Of a stretch of 64,000 nt of DNA, positions 1 through 10,172 are shown in pieces. A model generated the notes under the pieces. The model worked only from the letters and a program-made list of their open reading frames with translations. It searched no databases and had not been told where the DNA came from. The position numbers and the translations under genes were made by a program. Source of the DNA: a virus; IMG/VR virus record IMGVR_UViG_3300006793_000023, positions 7,621 to 71,620 of that record. One strand, 5' to 3'. Within the stretch, counting starts at the first letter, position 1, and each line of letters begins with the position of its first letter.

Positions 1-490
1 ATTAACAAATAAATTTGATGATATTATGACTATTTCTTGGAAAGAAAACGGAGTAAAAAAATCAGAGAAGTTTTCTTGTACAACAGATCCAGGTAGGTAC
101 TGGTTAGTAGATAATCCAAATTCAAGAGGTACAGCTATTTTAAAAGAAGGTCAACATTTAAATTCTCATGGATTTGGAACACATAAAAGAAACCCTCCTT
201 CATACCCTGCATTAGTTCAAATTAACCCGGTTACGGTATGGAGAGATCGAAATGGAGATTCTTTTTACGATTTTACAAATCCAGAAAGAGGTAATTACGG
301 TATTAACATACATAGAGCAAGCCCTAGCAGGAAGAGTAGACAAGTTACAAAATGGTCTGCAGGATGTCAAGTAGTAGATAAAGCTCAAAGCTTAGATAGA
401 ATTTTAGAAATAGCTAATCAAGCTAAAGATAGGGTAGGACAAAGACAGTTTACCTATACTCTTATTAATTCAAATGATTTAACAATATAA
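1..490 (+). CDS. YkuD/L,D-transpeptidase-like cell-wall enzyme domain, 5'-truncated by the window
   Basis: The frame is open back to position 2 (LTNKFDDIMTISW). GINIH...WSAGCQV His/Cys motif. Paralogous to 38701..39309. Confidence 0.6.
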   Translation, partial: LTNKFDDIMTISWKENGVKKSEKFSCTTDPGRYWLVDNPNSRGTAILKEGQHLNSHGFGTHKRNPPSYPALVQINPVTVWRDRNGDSFYDFTNPERGNYGINIHRASPSRKSRQVTKWSAGCQVVDKAQSLDRILEIANQAKDRVGQRQFTYTLINSNDLTI

Positions 491-493
491 TAT

Positions 494-1189
494 ATGTATT
501 TACCTAAAAGCCAATACTGCTTAAAATCAATAGAAGAGTTAGGAACCTTTAATTTAAAAGTTAGTGGTAGAGAGCAAGATAAAAATAAAATAGAAAGAAT
601 AAAAAACACCTTATTTAATCAAACTACTAAGGTGGTAGTAACAAGCTTTGGCGCTATCTACAGCACTCTTGGTGTTAATTTAGAAAAAGGAGATTTCTCT
701 AACGCAACAGAACTAATATCAGAAGATCCTACAACATCACAACCTACACTAAATACTCCTGGTAATTCAGGAAGATCTTCTAACAATAGGTTAAAGTCTA
801 TAAAATTACCTCCTACATCTAAAGATAGAGACAATGGAGTAATGAAAAGATACTTCTATAAAAACAGAGCAACAGGTAACTGTAAAGAATTAAACAGAGC
901 TCAGTATATTAATAATATTAACTCTAGATCTAAACGTGATAAAATAGCCGCAATAGAGTGGTATATAAAAGGTCCGGTAAAAGATCAAATGATAAACGGT
1001 TATTTTTTAGAAGGAATAGAGAGCAAAAATTTAAAGTCAATAGAGTTACTTAAAAAAGAACTTCCCGGGGCAGAAAAACTTTTACTTGATCCATTGGAGT
1101 ACGTAAAAAATGAAAATATTGTAGAAGCTACCCCAATATTAGATCAAGATAAAGATATAATTATACCTTCACCAGGAAAAAGGTTGTAG
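494..1189 (+). CDS. hypothetical phage protein
   Basis: 231-aa ORF in operon context; no recognised motif. Confidence 0.6.
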   Translation: MYLPKSQYCLKSIEELGTFNLKVSGREQDKNKIERIKNTLFNQTTKVVVTSFGAIYSTLGVNLEKGDFSNATELISEDPTTSQPTLNTPGNSGRSSNNRLKSIKLPPTSKDRDNGVMKRYFYKNRATGNCKELNRAQYINNINSRSKRDKIAAIEWYIKGPVKDQMINGYFLEGIESKNLKSIELLKKELPGAEKLLLDPLEYVKNENIVEATPILDQDKDIIIPSPGKRL

Positions 1190-1211
1190 ATACGAAAATT
1201 TTTCGTATATT
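1183..1211 (+). promoter_or_regulatory. Bacteroidota sigma70-type promoter (GTTG-N19-TATATT)
   Basis: GTTG at 1183-1186 and TTTCGTATATT at 1201-1211; the same motif recurs more than 20 times upstream of genes. Confidence 0.7.
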
Positions 1212-1229
1212 ATTAAAAAGGTTTTACAA

Positions 1230-2555
1230 GTGTTTTATATAGTAGAAGAAGAATCAAAATTATCTTCGTTAGAAGGGTTAGTTAAATTAGGTTGTTATGT
1301 AGAGGTAATTCCTGCTAATGACCTATACCATCCACGACTTAATGATACAGTTGCTGTTTATATAAGAATGATAAACAGTAAACATGGGTACATTATTCCT
1401 ATTAATCATGACGAAGGACTGAACGTAGATAAGAATCGTATCTACAGTATGCTTTCTAAAGCAGGTAAACTATATACATTAAATAAAAAAAAACTGCTCT
1501 ACTACTTTAATTTACAGGAAGCCATAGACATATCTCTACTCTATTCTATGGTAGAGTTTAAAAGATTAGAAATACCCGGGGATACTTCAACTATAAATTA
1601 CTTCTATAATCGATACAGCGATAAGAGAGATTTAAACAGTATTATACCTATAGCTAAACTATACGAACGAAGTGAGAATATCTACGAAAGTATAAAAAAA
1701 GTAATAGATTTAGAAATACCATCAGGTTTTAATTTTTATAATAATATTGCTACTAACGTATTCTACCTACTTGAACAATCAGGAGTAGGGATACTGTATG
1801 ATAGTTTTAATAGTTTATTTAAACCTAAAAATCCCATTCATAACACAGTAGATAATAAAGTTTACACAGAATATAACCTTTATAATAATACATCTAGACC
1901 AACAAACACATTCAACTCAGTAAATTTTGCAGCAATACCAAAAGCAGAAGAGTATAGAAAATGTTTTAAACCTCAGAATGATTTTTTTGTAGAATTTGAC
2001 TTTGACGGGTACCATTTAAGACTTCTAGCAGAACAATTAGACTACCCTCTTACAGAAGAATCAGCACATAAACAGCTTGCTAAGTATTATTTTGGTAAGG
2101 AAGAGATAACAGAAGAGGAGTATGCTAAAGCAAAACAGATTAATTTTCATGCAATTTACGGAAAAATACCTGAAGAACATAAGAATCTAAAAATATTTAA
2201 AGAAATACAAGAATATATTGATGCTATGTGGAAAAGCTTTCAAGAAGGGGGTTATGTCTGGAATCCTCAATCAGGTAAACACTTTACTCAAGAATTAAAA
2301 GATATGAATCCAGCAAAATTAATGAATTATATGATGCAATCGTTGGAAACTTCAAATAATATCATTATATTAAAAGATATACTAAAGTACTTAAGAAATA
2401 AAAAATCTTTTATTACTTTATATACATACGATGCTATCTTATTTGACTTTAGTAAAGACGACGGTAAAGAAACTTTAGCAGATATACAGAAAATAATGGA
2501 GAGACAAGGTAAATACCCTGTTAAATTTAAATACAACACAGATTTAGTGTTATAG
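1230..2555 (+). CDS. divergent family A DNA polymerase-like protein (short)
   Basis: Motif A-like EFDFDGYHLRLLA, motif B KQINFHAIYG, motif C-like YTYDAILFD; GTG start. Confidence 0.75.
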   Translation: MFYIVEEESKLSSLEGLVKLGCYVEVIPANDLYHPRLNDTVAVYIRMINSKHGYIIPINHDEGLNVDKNRIYSMLSKAGKLYTLNKKKLLYYFNLQEAIDISLLYSMVEFKRLEIPGDTSTINYFYNRYSDKRDLNSIIPIAKLYERSENIYESIKKVIDLEIPSGFNFYNNIATNVFYLLEQSGVGILYDSFNSLFKPKNPIHNTVDNKVYTEYNLYNNTSRPTNTFNSVNFAAIPKAEEYRKCFKPQNDFFVEFDFDGYHLRLLAEQLDYPLTEESAHKQLAKYYFGKEEITEEEYAKAKQINFHAIYGKIPEEHKNLKIFKEIQEYIDAMWKSFQEGGYVWNPQSGKHFTQELKDMNPAKLMNYMMQSLETSNNIIILKDILKYLRNKKSFITLYTYDAILFDFSKDDGKETLADIQKIMERQGKYPVKFKYNTDLVL

Positions 2556-2575
2556 AACAGCACAACTATTTATAT

Positions 2576-3028
2576 ATGATAACAAACACAACAATACCTA
2601 AGTTCGATTACGACATCGAACCTTTTTTTACCAGCGAAGATATGAGTAATAAGCTGTTTTGTACTTTTTCAACAGAAGAAGACCTAGATAATGTATTAGG
2701 TAATATACAGGAAAGATACAAAATTATATATAATAAGATTTTTGTACTATATTCTAAAAGTCAAGACGAATATATGTGTACATATAATGTTGATTTTGGA
2801 AATGTAGGAGCATTTTTAGAAAATACTATATTAGTACATAGAAAAAAAGAAACCAATACACTGTATACTATTAACGCTCTTAATACTTTAATAAAAGAAT
2901 TAAACGGAGGAGTTCTAGACACAAGTTACAGAATAAACTGGCCTGATTATCGCAACTGCGTATTACTTACCAAAGGTCCAGAATTAAAGAGAGTAAATAC
3001 AAAGTTATATAAAATTATTGAGCTTTAG
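2576..3028 (+). CDS. hypothetical phage protein
   Basis: 150-aa ORF preceded by a CTATTTATA motif. Confidence 0.6.
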   Translation: MITNTTIPKFDYDIEPFFTSEDMSNKLFCTFSTEEDLDNVLGNIQERYKIIYNKIFVLYSKSQDEYMCTYNVDFGNVGAFLENTILVHRKKETNTLYTINALNTLIKELNGGVLDTSYRINWPDYRNCVLLTKGPELKRVNTKLYKIIEL

Positions 3029-3057
3029 TTGGCGATTTAATTTTTTATTCCTATATT
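3028..3057 (+). promoter_or_regulatory. sigma70-type promoter upstream of the SSB gene
   Basis: GTTG at 3028-3031, 20-nt spacer, TATATT at 3052-3057. Confidence 0.65.
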
Positions 3058-3088
3058 AATAATAAGTTATAATTTTAAAATTAGTTAT

Positions 3089-3895
3089 ATGGACATTAAT
3101 GCTATTCGCGCTAAATTAGATGCGCTAAACAACAACGGTCAGGATAAAGAGAAAACTGACTATTCCAAGATTTTCTGGAAACCACAATTAGGAAAGCAAA
3201 CAGTACGTATTGTACCTTCAGCTTTCGACCCTACTTTCCCTTTTAAGGAATTAAAATTTCATTACGGTATTGGAAAATACCCTATGGTAGCTTTATCAAA
3301 CTTTGGTAAGCAAGATCCGATTGAAGAGTTTGTAAAAGAGTTAAGAAAAACCAACGATAAAGATAACTGGTCACTTTCTGGCAAAATTTCACCTAAAACT
3401 AGAATCTTTGCTCCTGTTGTAGTAAGAGGAGAAGAAGATAAAGGAGTTAGATTATGGGGTTTTGGAGTAACTATTTATAAAGCATTACTTGCTTTAGCAG
3501 AAGATGAAGATATTGGAGACTTTACCGATGTATTAAACGGATGGGATATGGTAGTAGAACAGCAACAAGGTAATCCGTACCCTGAAACAACAGTACGTAT
3601 TAAACCAAAGCAAACACCTTTATCAGATAATAACGATTTAGTTGATACTTGGTTAAAAACTCAACCTAACCCGGTAGAGGTACATACTCAATACGATTAT
3701 GAATTTATTAAAAAGCAGTTACAAAATTACTTAGATCCTTCTGCAGCAGAAGAAAGTAATCAAACACCTGCAACTTCAAAAGAAGACAAACTGCCAGAAA
3801 GCTTAGGTCAACAAAAAGCAGACTTTACTTTGGAAACAGCTACGGCTGGCAACAAAGATACAGTGAGCAAATTTGATGATTTATTTAACGAATAG
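3089..3895 (+). CDS. single-stranded DNA-binding protein (T4 gp32-like)
   Basis: FWKP..G...VRIVP, DPI.E, acidic C-terminal tail KFDDLFNE; lies before recA. Confidence 0.75.
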   Translation: MDINAIRAKLDALNNNGQDKEKTDYSKIFWKPQLGKQTVRIVPSAFDPTFPFKELKFHYGIGKYPMVALSNFGKQDPIEEFVKELRKTNDKDNWSLSGKISPKTRIFAPVVVRGEEDKGVRLWGFGVTIYKALLALAEDEDIGDFTDVLNGWDMVVEQQQGNPYPETTVRIKPKQTPLSDNNDLVDTWLKTQPNPVEVHTQYDYEFIKKQLQNYLDPSAAEESNQTPATSKEDKLPESLGQQKADFTLETATAGNKDTVSKFDDLFNE

Positions 3896-3897
3896 AA

Positions 3898-4971
3898 ATG
3901 GCAAAACAAAAAAAAGAGGTAAAAGCAGCCGCATCTGCGGCAGTCAAGAAGAGTTTTAATCTTGGAAATTTTAAGAAAAAGAAAGGATTTTCTAATGCAT
4001 CTGTAAAGTTCAAAGAACAAGGATGGATTCCTTTATCAAAAGCTTTCCAAGATATTACATCTCTTCCTGGCATTCCAACAGGGCATATAACCCTACTAAG
4101 AGGACATAGTGATACAGGTAAAACAACAGCATTACTAGAAGCTGCTGTAAATGCACAAAAACTAGGAATCTTACCAGTATTTATTATATCAGAGATGAAA
4201 TGGTCGTGGGACCATGCTAAGGAAATGGGCTTAAAATTTGATGAGGTTACTGATGAAAACGGTAACGTAGTAGATTACGAGGGTCATTTTCTATATGCTG
4301 ATAGAGGTACATTAAATACTATTGAAGAAGTTGCCGTATATATGGCTGATCTTATGGATGAACAGGCAAAAGGAAATTTACCTTTTGATTTATGTTTTTT
4401 CTGGGACAGTATAGGTTCTATACCTTGCGATCTTTCAGTACGTTCTAATAAGAATAATAATGAATGGAATGCAGGAGCGATGTCTACTCAATTTGGTAAT
4501 AATTTGAATCAAAAGATTCTATTATCTAGGAAAGAGAACTCTCCTTATACAAATACTCTAGTAGCTATTAATAAGGTATGGACTATGAAGCCTGAATCAC
4601 CAATGGGACAACCTAAATTACAGAATAAAGGAGGAATGTCTATGTGGTATGATTCAACTTTAGTAATCACTTTCGGAAATATAACAAACCCTGGAACTTC
4701 TAAGATAAAAGCTATTAAAGATGGCCTACAGGTAGAATTCGCTAAACGTACAAACGTTCAAGTAGAGAAAAACCATATCGGAGGAGTACAATCCAGAGGA
4801 CGTGTTGTTATGACATCACATGGGTTTATACCTGATGATAAAAGAGCTATAGATAAGTATAAAAATGAGCATAAAGAGCATTGGCTAAAATTAGTCGGTA
4901 GTATAGATTTTGACTTAATTGAAGAAGGAGACTTAGAAGAAGAATCTATAAAACCTAATATTTTAGATTAA
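3898..4971 (+). CDS. RecA/UvsX-like recombinase
   Basis: Walker A GHSDTGKTT, Walker B FFWDS, KGG and VEKN motifs. Confidence 0.85.
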   Translation: MAKQKKEVKAAASAAVKKSFNLGNFKKKKGFSNASVKFKEQGWIPLSKAFQDITSLPGIPTGHITLLRGHSDTGKTTALLEAAVNAQKLGILPVFIISEMKWSWDHAKEMGLKFDEVTDENGNVVDYEGHFLYADRGTLNTIEEVAVYMADLMDEQAKGNLPFDLCFFWDSIGSIPCDLSVRSNKNNNEWNAGAMSTQFGNNLNQKILLSRKENSPYTNTLVAINKVWTMKPESPMGQPKLQNKGGMSMWYDSTLVITFGNITNPGTSKIKAIKDGLQVEFAKRTNVQVEKNHIGGVQSRGRVVMTSHGFIPDDKRAIDKYKNEHKEHWLKLVGSIDFDLIEEGDLEEESIKPNILD

Positions 4972-6005
4972 TGGTCAATTATAGTAATATACTTAATAAA
5001 CTTAAAGAAACCCCGCCCCGAGAGTTGAATGATCACATTCTAGTGATTGACGCTATGAATATGTTAATTCGTAGTTTTTCATTACTCAAAGCAATGAACC
5101 CATCAGGCCATCATATAGGCGGCCTGGTCGGTTTTATGCGTTCATTAGGGTATGTAACTAGAATATTTGATCCAACGAGAGTAGTTATAGTATGGGACGG
5201 GAAAGGAGGATCTGCAAATCGTAAGAATATAGATCCAAACTATAAAGCTCAAAGAGCAACTGCTCGTATAACACATTGGGGACTTTATGATTCGAAAGCT
5301 GAAGAGCAAGAGGCCCTAATAGGGCAACTTTACAGAACACAAGATTACTTAGAATGCCTGCCAGTCCAACAGATTGGAATGGAAAAACTAGAAGCAGATG
5401 ATATTATAGCGTACATAGCTCAAAAAGCTTCAACATCTAATGTTAAAAAATGTACTATTATATCATCAGATAAGGACTTTTTGCAGTTAGTCGATAAAAC
5501 TATCGAAGTATATGCCCCAGTAAAGAAGAAAACATTCAATGAAAGTAATATATTCGAAGAATTAAAAGTTCTTCCTGAGAATTACAATGTTGTAAAAGCT
5601 CTTCTTGGAGATAACTCTGATAATTTAGCAGGAGTAAAAGGACTTGGAATTAAAACAATAATATCAGAATTTCCTGAACTAGTTAATACATCGGGAACAG
5701 ACTTACAGTATGTTTATGATACATGTGCAAGTAAGTTAGAGGAAAAAAAATGCAAGAAAATTTTTCCTAAAATTATCACAGAGTGGGATCGTGTAGAAAC
5801 TAATTATAAATTAATGAATTTACATGATTCTGTGTTGGATGATAAAGAAAAAAATCATATATTAGATATAATAAAGAGTGACATACCCAACCTACAAACA
5901 GGGGCATTTTTACATCTTTTAGATCAAGATAAGATAGAAGGGATTACAAAAAATACTGAAGGTTGGTTAGAGAACTTTAGAGGTTTAACGGTTTTTAAAA
6001 AATAA
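4971..6005 (+). CDS. 5'-3' exonuclease / flap endonuclease (PolI N-terminal, T4 RNase H-like)
   Basis: IDAMN, VWDG, YKAQR, EADDII, SSDKDF, GDNSDN and GVKGLG motifs. Confidence 0.9.
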   Translation: MVNYSNILNKLKETPPRELNDHILVIDAMNMLIRSFSLLKAMNPSGHHIGGLVGFMRSLGYVTRIFDPTRVVIVWDGKGGSANRKNIDPNYKAQRATARITHWGLYDSKAEEQEALIGQLYRTQDYLECLPVQQIGMEKLEADDIIAYIAQKASTSNVKKCTIISSDKDFLQLVDKTIEVYAPVKKKTFNESNIFEELKVLPENYNVVKALLGDNSDNLAGVKGLGIKTIISEFPELVNTSGTDLQYVYDTCASKLEEKKCKKIFPKIITEWDRVETNYKLMNLHDSVLDDKEKNHILDIIKSDIPNLQTGAFLHLLDQDKIEGITKNTEGWLENFRGLTVFKK

Positions 6006-6012
6006 GTTATAG

Positions 6013-7359
6013 ATGACATTAAAAGCATTGAATCAGTATGGAAAAGGATTCCAGCTGAAAGTATTGGGCTCATTGCTAACAGATAAGGGTTTTCTTCTAA
6101 ACGTAAGAGACGTTCTTCAAGAAGATTACTTTGACTCAGACGCACACAAATGGATTATCAATCAGTTAGTTACGTATTTTGACAAATACCATACTACTGT
6201 AACTATGGATGTTCTTAAAGTAGAATTACAGAAAATAGAGAATGATATTCTTAAGGTAGCGTTAAAAGAAGAGTTACGTAACTCCTACCAAGCATCACAA
6301 GATGATTTAGAATACGTACAAGAAGAATTTACTACTTTTTGTAAAAATCAAGAAATGAAGCAGGCTATATTAAATTCTACTGATTTATTAAAAGCAGGGG
6401 ATTTTGACGGTATTAGAAATACTATTGAAAAAGCAATGCGAGCTGGTATGGATAAAAATATAGGTCATGAATATAATAAAGATATTGAGACTAGGTATCG
6501 ATCTGATTACCGTCCTACTATTCCTTCTCCTTGGCCTGTTCTTAATGATGGTATTCAAGGAGGATTTGGGCCTGGGGATTTGGCTATTGTATTTGGTAAT
6601 CCTGGTGGCGGTAAGTCATGGACTATGGTGGCTATTGCTGCTCATGCTGTTAAGCTTGGGCATAAAGTCAATTATTACACTTTGGAACTCGGGGAAGACT
6701 ACGTTGGTAAACGATTTGACTGCTATTTTACAGGGTACTCTATTGATGAAGTTAATAACCATCGTAAAGATGTACAAAAAGTAGTAGATAACTTAAAAGG
6801 TAAGTTAATTGTTAAAGAGTATGCACCTAAAAATGTCTCTGTAAATACAATTAAATCTCATATCCAGAAATGTATAGATATGGACCACAAGCCTGATTTA
6901 GTTATAATTGACTATGTGGATTACTTAAGAGCTCCTTCAAGAGGTAAGTCTTTTGAAAGGAAAGACGAAATTGATGATGTATTTATAGCTACTAAAGGTC
7001 TTGCAAAAGATATGAAAATACCTATATTAACTCCATCACAAGTAAATCGAATGGGTGCTAAAGATTCTGTTATAGAGGGTGACAAAGCAGCAGGTTCTTA
7101 CGATAAGATGATGGTAGCAGATATTTGCTTGTCTCTATCTAGACAGAAAGAAGATAAAGTACTAGGAACTGGACGCGTTCATGTTATGAAAAATAGATAC
7201 GGTCAAGATGGTATGACTTATAATGTAAAAATGGATACCAATAACGGTCATATTGAATTTGAAGGAAAAGCTGACTTAGACGAACAATTAAATTCTACAC
7301 AAGGTCCTATCTTCAGTCTTTCAAGAGAAAAAATGTCAGAGCTATTTGATAAAAAGTAG
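6013..7359 (+). CDS. DnaB-like replicative helicase
   Basis: GNPGGGKS Walker A, TLEL, IIDYVD, SQVNR and KNRYG motifs. Confidence 0.9.
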   Translation: MTLKALNQYGKGFQLKVLGSLLTDKGFLLNVRDVLQEDYFDSDAHKWIINQLVTYFDKYHTTVTMDVLKVELQKIENDILKVALKEELRNSYQASQDDLEYVQEEFTTFCKNQEMKQAILNSTDLLKAGDFDGIRNTIEKAMRAGMDKNIGHEYNKDIETRYRSDYRPTIPSPWPVLNDGIQGGFGPGDLAIVFGNPGGGKSWTMVAIAAHAVKLGHKVNYYTLELGEDYVGKRFDCYFTGYSIDEVNNHRKDVQKVVDNLKGKLIVKEYAPKNVSVNTIKSHIQKCIDMDHKPDLVIIDYVDYLRAPSRGKSFERKDEIDDVFIATKGLAKDMKIPILTPSQVNRMGAKDSVIEGDKAAGSYDKMMVADICLSLSRQKEDKVLGTGRVHVMKNRYGQDGMTYNVKMDTNNGHIEFEGKADLDEQLNSTQGPIFSLSREKMSELFDKK

Positions 7360-7383
7360 AATATATATGCTATTTATGGTAAC

Positions 7384-7424
7384 ATCTCCAATAGCAGATA
7401 TAGCTTTCTCTGGAGATTTTTTTT
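7384..7424 (+). terminator. hairpin plus U-tract upstream of nrdB (terminator or attenuator)
   Basis: ATCTCCA...TGGAGAT stem followed by a T run. Confidence 0.5.
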
Positions 7425-7451
7425 GTCTAATCTATTAATTAAAATTAAAAA

Positions 7452-8435
7452 ATGAGTTTACTTAACGAACGTGTGGTTTATAAACCCTTTGAATATCCAA
7501 AAGCTTTCGATTTTTGGCTTAAACAACAACAAGCACATTGGTTGCATACAGAAGTTCCTATGTCACAAGACGTAACAGACTGGGCTAGTAATTTAAAAGA
7601 CCATGAAAAAAATGTTATTGGAGGAATATTAAAAGGATTTGCGCAGACTGAAACCATAGTTAACGATTACTGGTCTACATTAGTCACTAAATGGTTTAGA
7701 AAACCTGAAATTATAATGATGGGAACTACATTAGGTTCAAGTGAAACAATACACGCGGAAGCATATTCATTATTAAACGAACAATTGGGGTTAGATAATT
7801 TTGCAGAGTTTTTAGAAGATGAAGCAACTATGGCAAAAATAGAAAATCTTATGGACGTAAGAGACGGACATGATGGAACTCCAAACTGGCACGATAGAGC
7901 TAAGTCATTAGCAATATTTTCTGCATTTACAGAAGGTGTTAACTTATTTTCTTCATTTGCAGTACTTTTATCATTTAAAATGAGAAACTTACTTAAAGGA
8001 GTAGGTCAAATAGTAGAATGGTCAGTTAGAGATGAATCTCTACACTCAGATGCAGGATGCTGGTTATTTAGAACCTTAATGGAAGAACACCCAGAATTTA
8101 AAACTCCTGAATTAGTAGCTGATATTGAAGAAGCAGCAAAAAATGCTTTACAGTTAGAGTTTGATTTTATAGATAAGATATTTGAAATGGGAGATTTAGA
8201 AAACCTTTCAAAGGAAGAGCTAAAGAATTTTATTCGTAATAGAGTAAATACAAAAATGAGCGATTTAGGATTAAAACCTATAGTTCCAGCTGAAGAAATC
8301 GATAAAGGAGCATTAAAGACAATGAAGTGGTTTGATGCGGTAATAGCAGGTAAGCAACATACAGACTTTTTTGCAAATCGAGTAACGAATTATGCAAAAG
8401 GGCATATGGAATGGGACGCTGCTACAATATTTTAA
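7452..8435 (+). CDS. nrdB: class Ia ribonucleotide reductase beta subunit
   Basis: ETIHAEAY, EGVNLFSSF, RDESLH and DFFANRVTNY motifs. Confidence 0.95.
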   Translation: MSLLNERVVYKPFEYPKAFDFWLKQQQAHWLHTEVPMSQDVTDWASNLKDHEKNVIGGILKGFAQTETIVNDYWSTLVTKWFRKPEIIMMGTTLGSSETIHAEAYSLLNEQLGLDNFAEFLEDEATMAKIENLMDVRDGHDGTPNWHDRAKSLAIFSAFTEGVNLFSSFAVLLSFKMRNLLKGVGQIVEWSVRDESLHSDAGCWLFRTLMEEHPEFKTPELVADIEEAAKNALQLEFDFIDKIFEMGDLENLSKEELKNFIRNRVNTKMSDLGLKPIVPAEEIDKGALKTMKWFDAVIAGKQHTDFFANRVTNYAKGHMEWDAATIF

Positions 8436-8445
8436 TAAGTAAGTT

Positions 8446-10161
8446 ATGAGTTTAATAGTTGATACTTCCTCTTGGGAAGCAGGGAAAGATTACCCTGAAT
8501 GGATGAATGAAATATCATTAGCAACAATATCAAAAGGGTATTTATTAGCTGATGAAACACCAAAAAAGGCATATAGAAGAGTAGCAGATACGATTGCTAA
8601 GAGATTAGATCGTCCTGACCTAGCGAATAAATTTTTTCGCTATATGTGGAAAGGATGGTTGAACTTAGCCTCCCCTGTATTATCGAACACCGGAACCGAC
8701 CGAGGATTACCGATCTCATGTTTTGGAATTGATACGCCCGATTCAATTCGAGGTATTGGATTAACCAATGCTGAACTAATGAGACTTACCTCCCTCGGCG
8801 GCGGTGTCGGTATAGGGTTGTCCCGTATTAGAGGTAGAGGAGAAAAAATCGGAACAGGAAATATGGGTCAATCAGAAGGGGTAGTTCCATGGGCTAAGAT
8901 ATACGATTCTACTATTATTGCTACTAATCAAGGTGCAGTTAGAAGAGGAGCAGCCTCGGTAAATTTAGACATTAATCACCCAGATATTAAAGAGTACCTT
9001 CAAATAAGAAGGCCAAAAGGAGACCCAAACAGACAGTGTCTCAACCTACATCAATGCGTTGTAGTGGATGATAGCTTTATGCAAAGATTAGAACATAGAG
9101 ACCCGGAAGCTATGGGATTGTGGGTGGAAATACTAAAATCTAGAGTAGAAACTGGAGAACCTTATATTATGTATAAGGATAATGTTAATAATGACAATCC
9201 TCCTGCTTATGTAAAGAATAATTTAGATGTTACTATGACTAACATATGTTCGGAAATTACTTTACATACAGATGAAGAACATTCCTTTATTTGCTGCTTA
9301 TCATCAGTAAATATTACAAAATGGCATGAATGGAAAAACACTGATTTGATAGAGACATCTATATACTTTCTAGATGGAGTATTAGAAGAATTTTTAGCTA
9401 AAACTTCTGGTAGAGATTCTTTAATAAGAGCACACCGATCGGCAAAAAAAGGAAGAGCTATAGGATTGGGAGTGTTAGGATGGCATACTTTCTTACAAAA
9501 CGAAAGAATTCCTTTTACTTCTATTGCTGCAACTTCTTATACCCATCAGATATTCTCTCAGATAAAGAATCAAGCAGAAGCAGCTTCTAGAAAACTTGCA
9601 GATGAGTACGGAGAGCCAGTATGGTGTAAAGGAACTGGAATGAGAAATACACATTTATTAGCAGTAGCACCAACAGTATCTAATTCTACAATATCAGGAG
9701 GAGTATCAGCCGGTATTGAACCAGTACCTGCTAACGTATATACTTTTAATTCTGCAAAAGGTACTTTTATTCGTAAGAATCCTGCGTTAGTAAGTTACTT
9801 AGAAGAAAAAGGAAGTAACACAGAAGAAGTATGGGATGATATTATGAAAGCTAGAGGCTCAGTTGCTAATTTACCTGAAGACATAATGCCTTTGCAGGAT
9901 AAACAAGTATTTTTAACTTTTGCAGAAATTAATCAACTTGCATTAGTAGAACAAGCATCAGTACGTCAAAAGTATATAGATCAAACTCAATCTTTAAATT
10001 TAGCATTTGATCCAACAGATTCACCAAAATTTATAAACTTAGTTCATCAAACAGCATGGAAACTTGGAATTAAGACTCTATACTACCTCCGAACAGACTC
10101 AGTAATTAACGGAGATATAGGTTCTAGAACTTCTGAGGATTGTTTAAGCTGTGATGGGTAA
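8446..10161 (+). CDS. nrdA: class Ia ribonucleotide reductase alpha subunit
   Basis: ISCF, GGGVG, TNICSEI, APTVS, KTLYY and C-terminal CLSC motifs. Confidence 0.95.
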   Translation: MSLIVDTSSWEAGKDYPEWMNEISLATISKGYLLADETPKKAYRRVADTIAKRLDRPDLANKFFRYMWKGWLNLASPVLSNTGTDRGLPISCFGIDTPDSIRGIGLTNAELMRLTSLGGGVGIGLSRIRGRGEKIGTGNMGQSEGVVPWAKIYDSTIIATNQGAVRRGAASVNLDINHPDIKEYLQIRRPKGDPNRQCLNLHQCVVVDDSFMQRLEHRDPEAMGLWVEILKSRVETGEPYIMYKDNVNNDNPPAYVKNNLDVTMTNICSEITLHTDEEHSFICCLSSVNITKWHEWKNTDLIETSIYFLDGVLEEFLAKTSGRDSLIRAHRSAKKGRAIGLGVLGWHTFLQNERIPFTSIAATSYTHQIFSQIKNQAEAASRKLADEYGEPVWCKGTGMRNTHLLAVAPTVSNSTISGGVSAGIEPVPANVYTFNSAKGTFIRKNPALVSYLEEKGSNTEEVWDDIMKARGSVANLPEDIMPLQDKQVFLTFAEINQLALVEQASVRQKYIDQTQSLNLAFDPTDSPKFINLVHQTAWKLGIKTLYYLRTDSVINGDIGSRTSEDCLSCDG

Positions 10162-10172
10162 ATACTAAAAGT

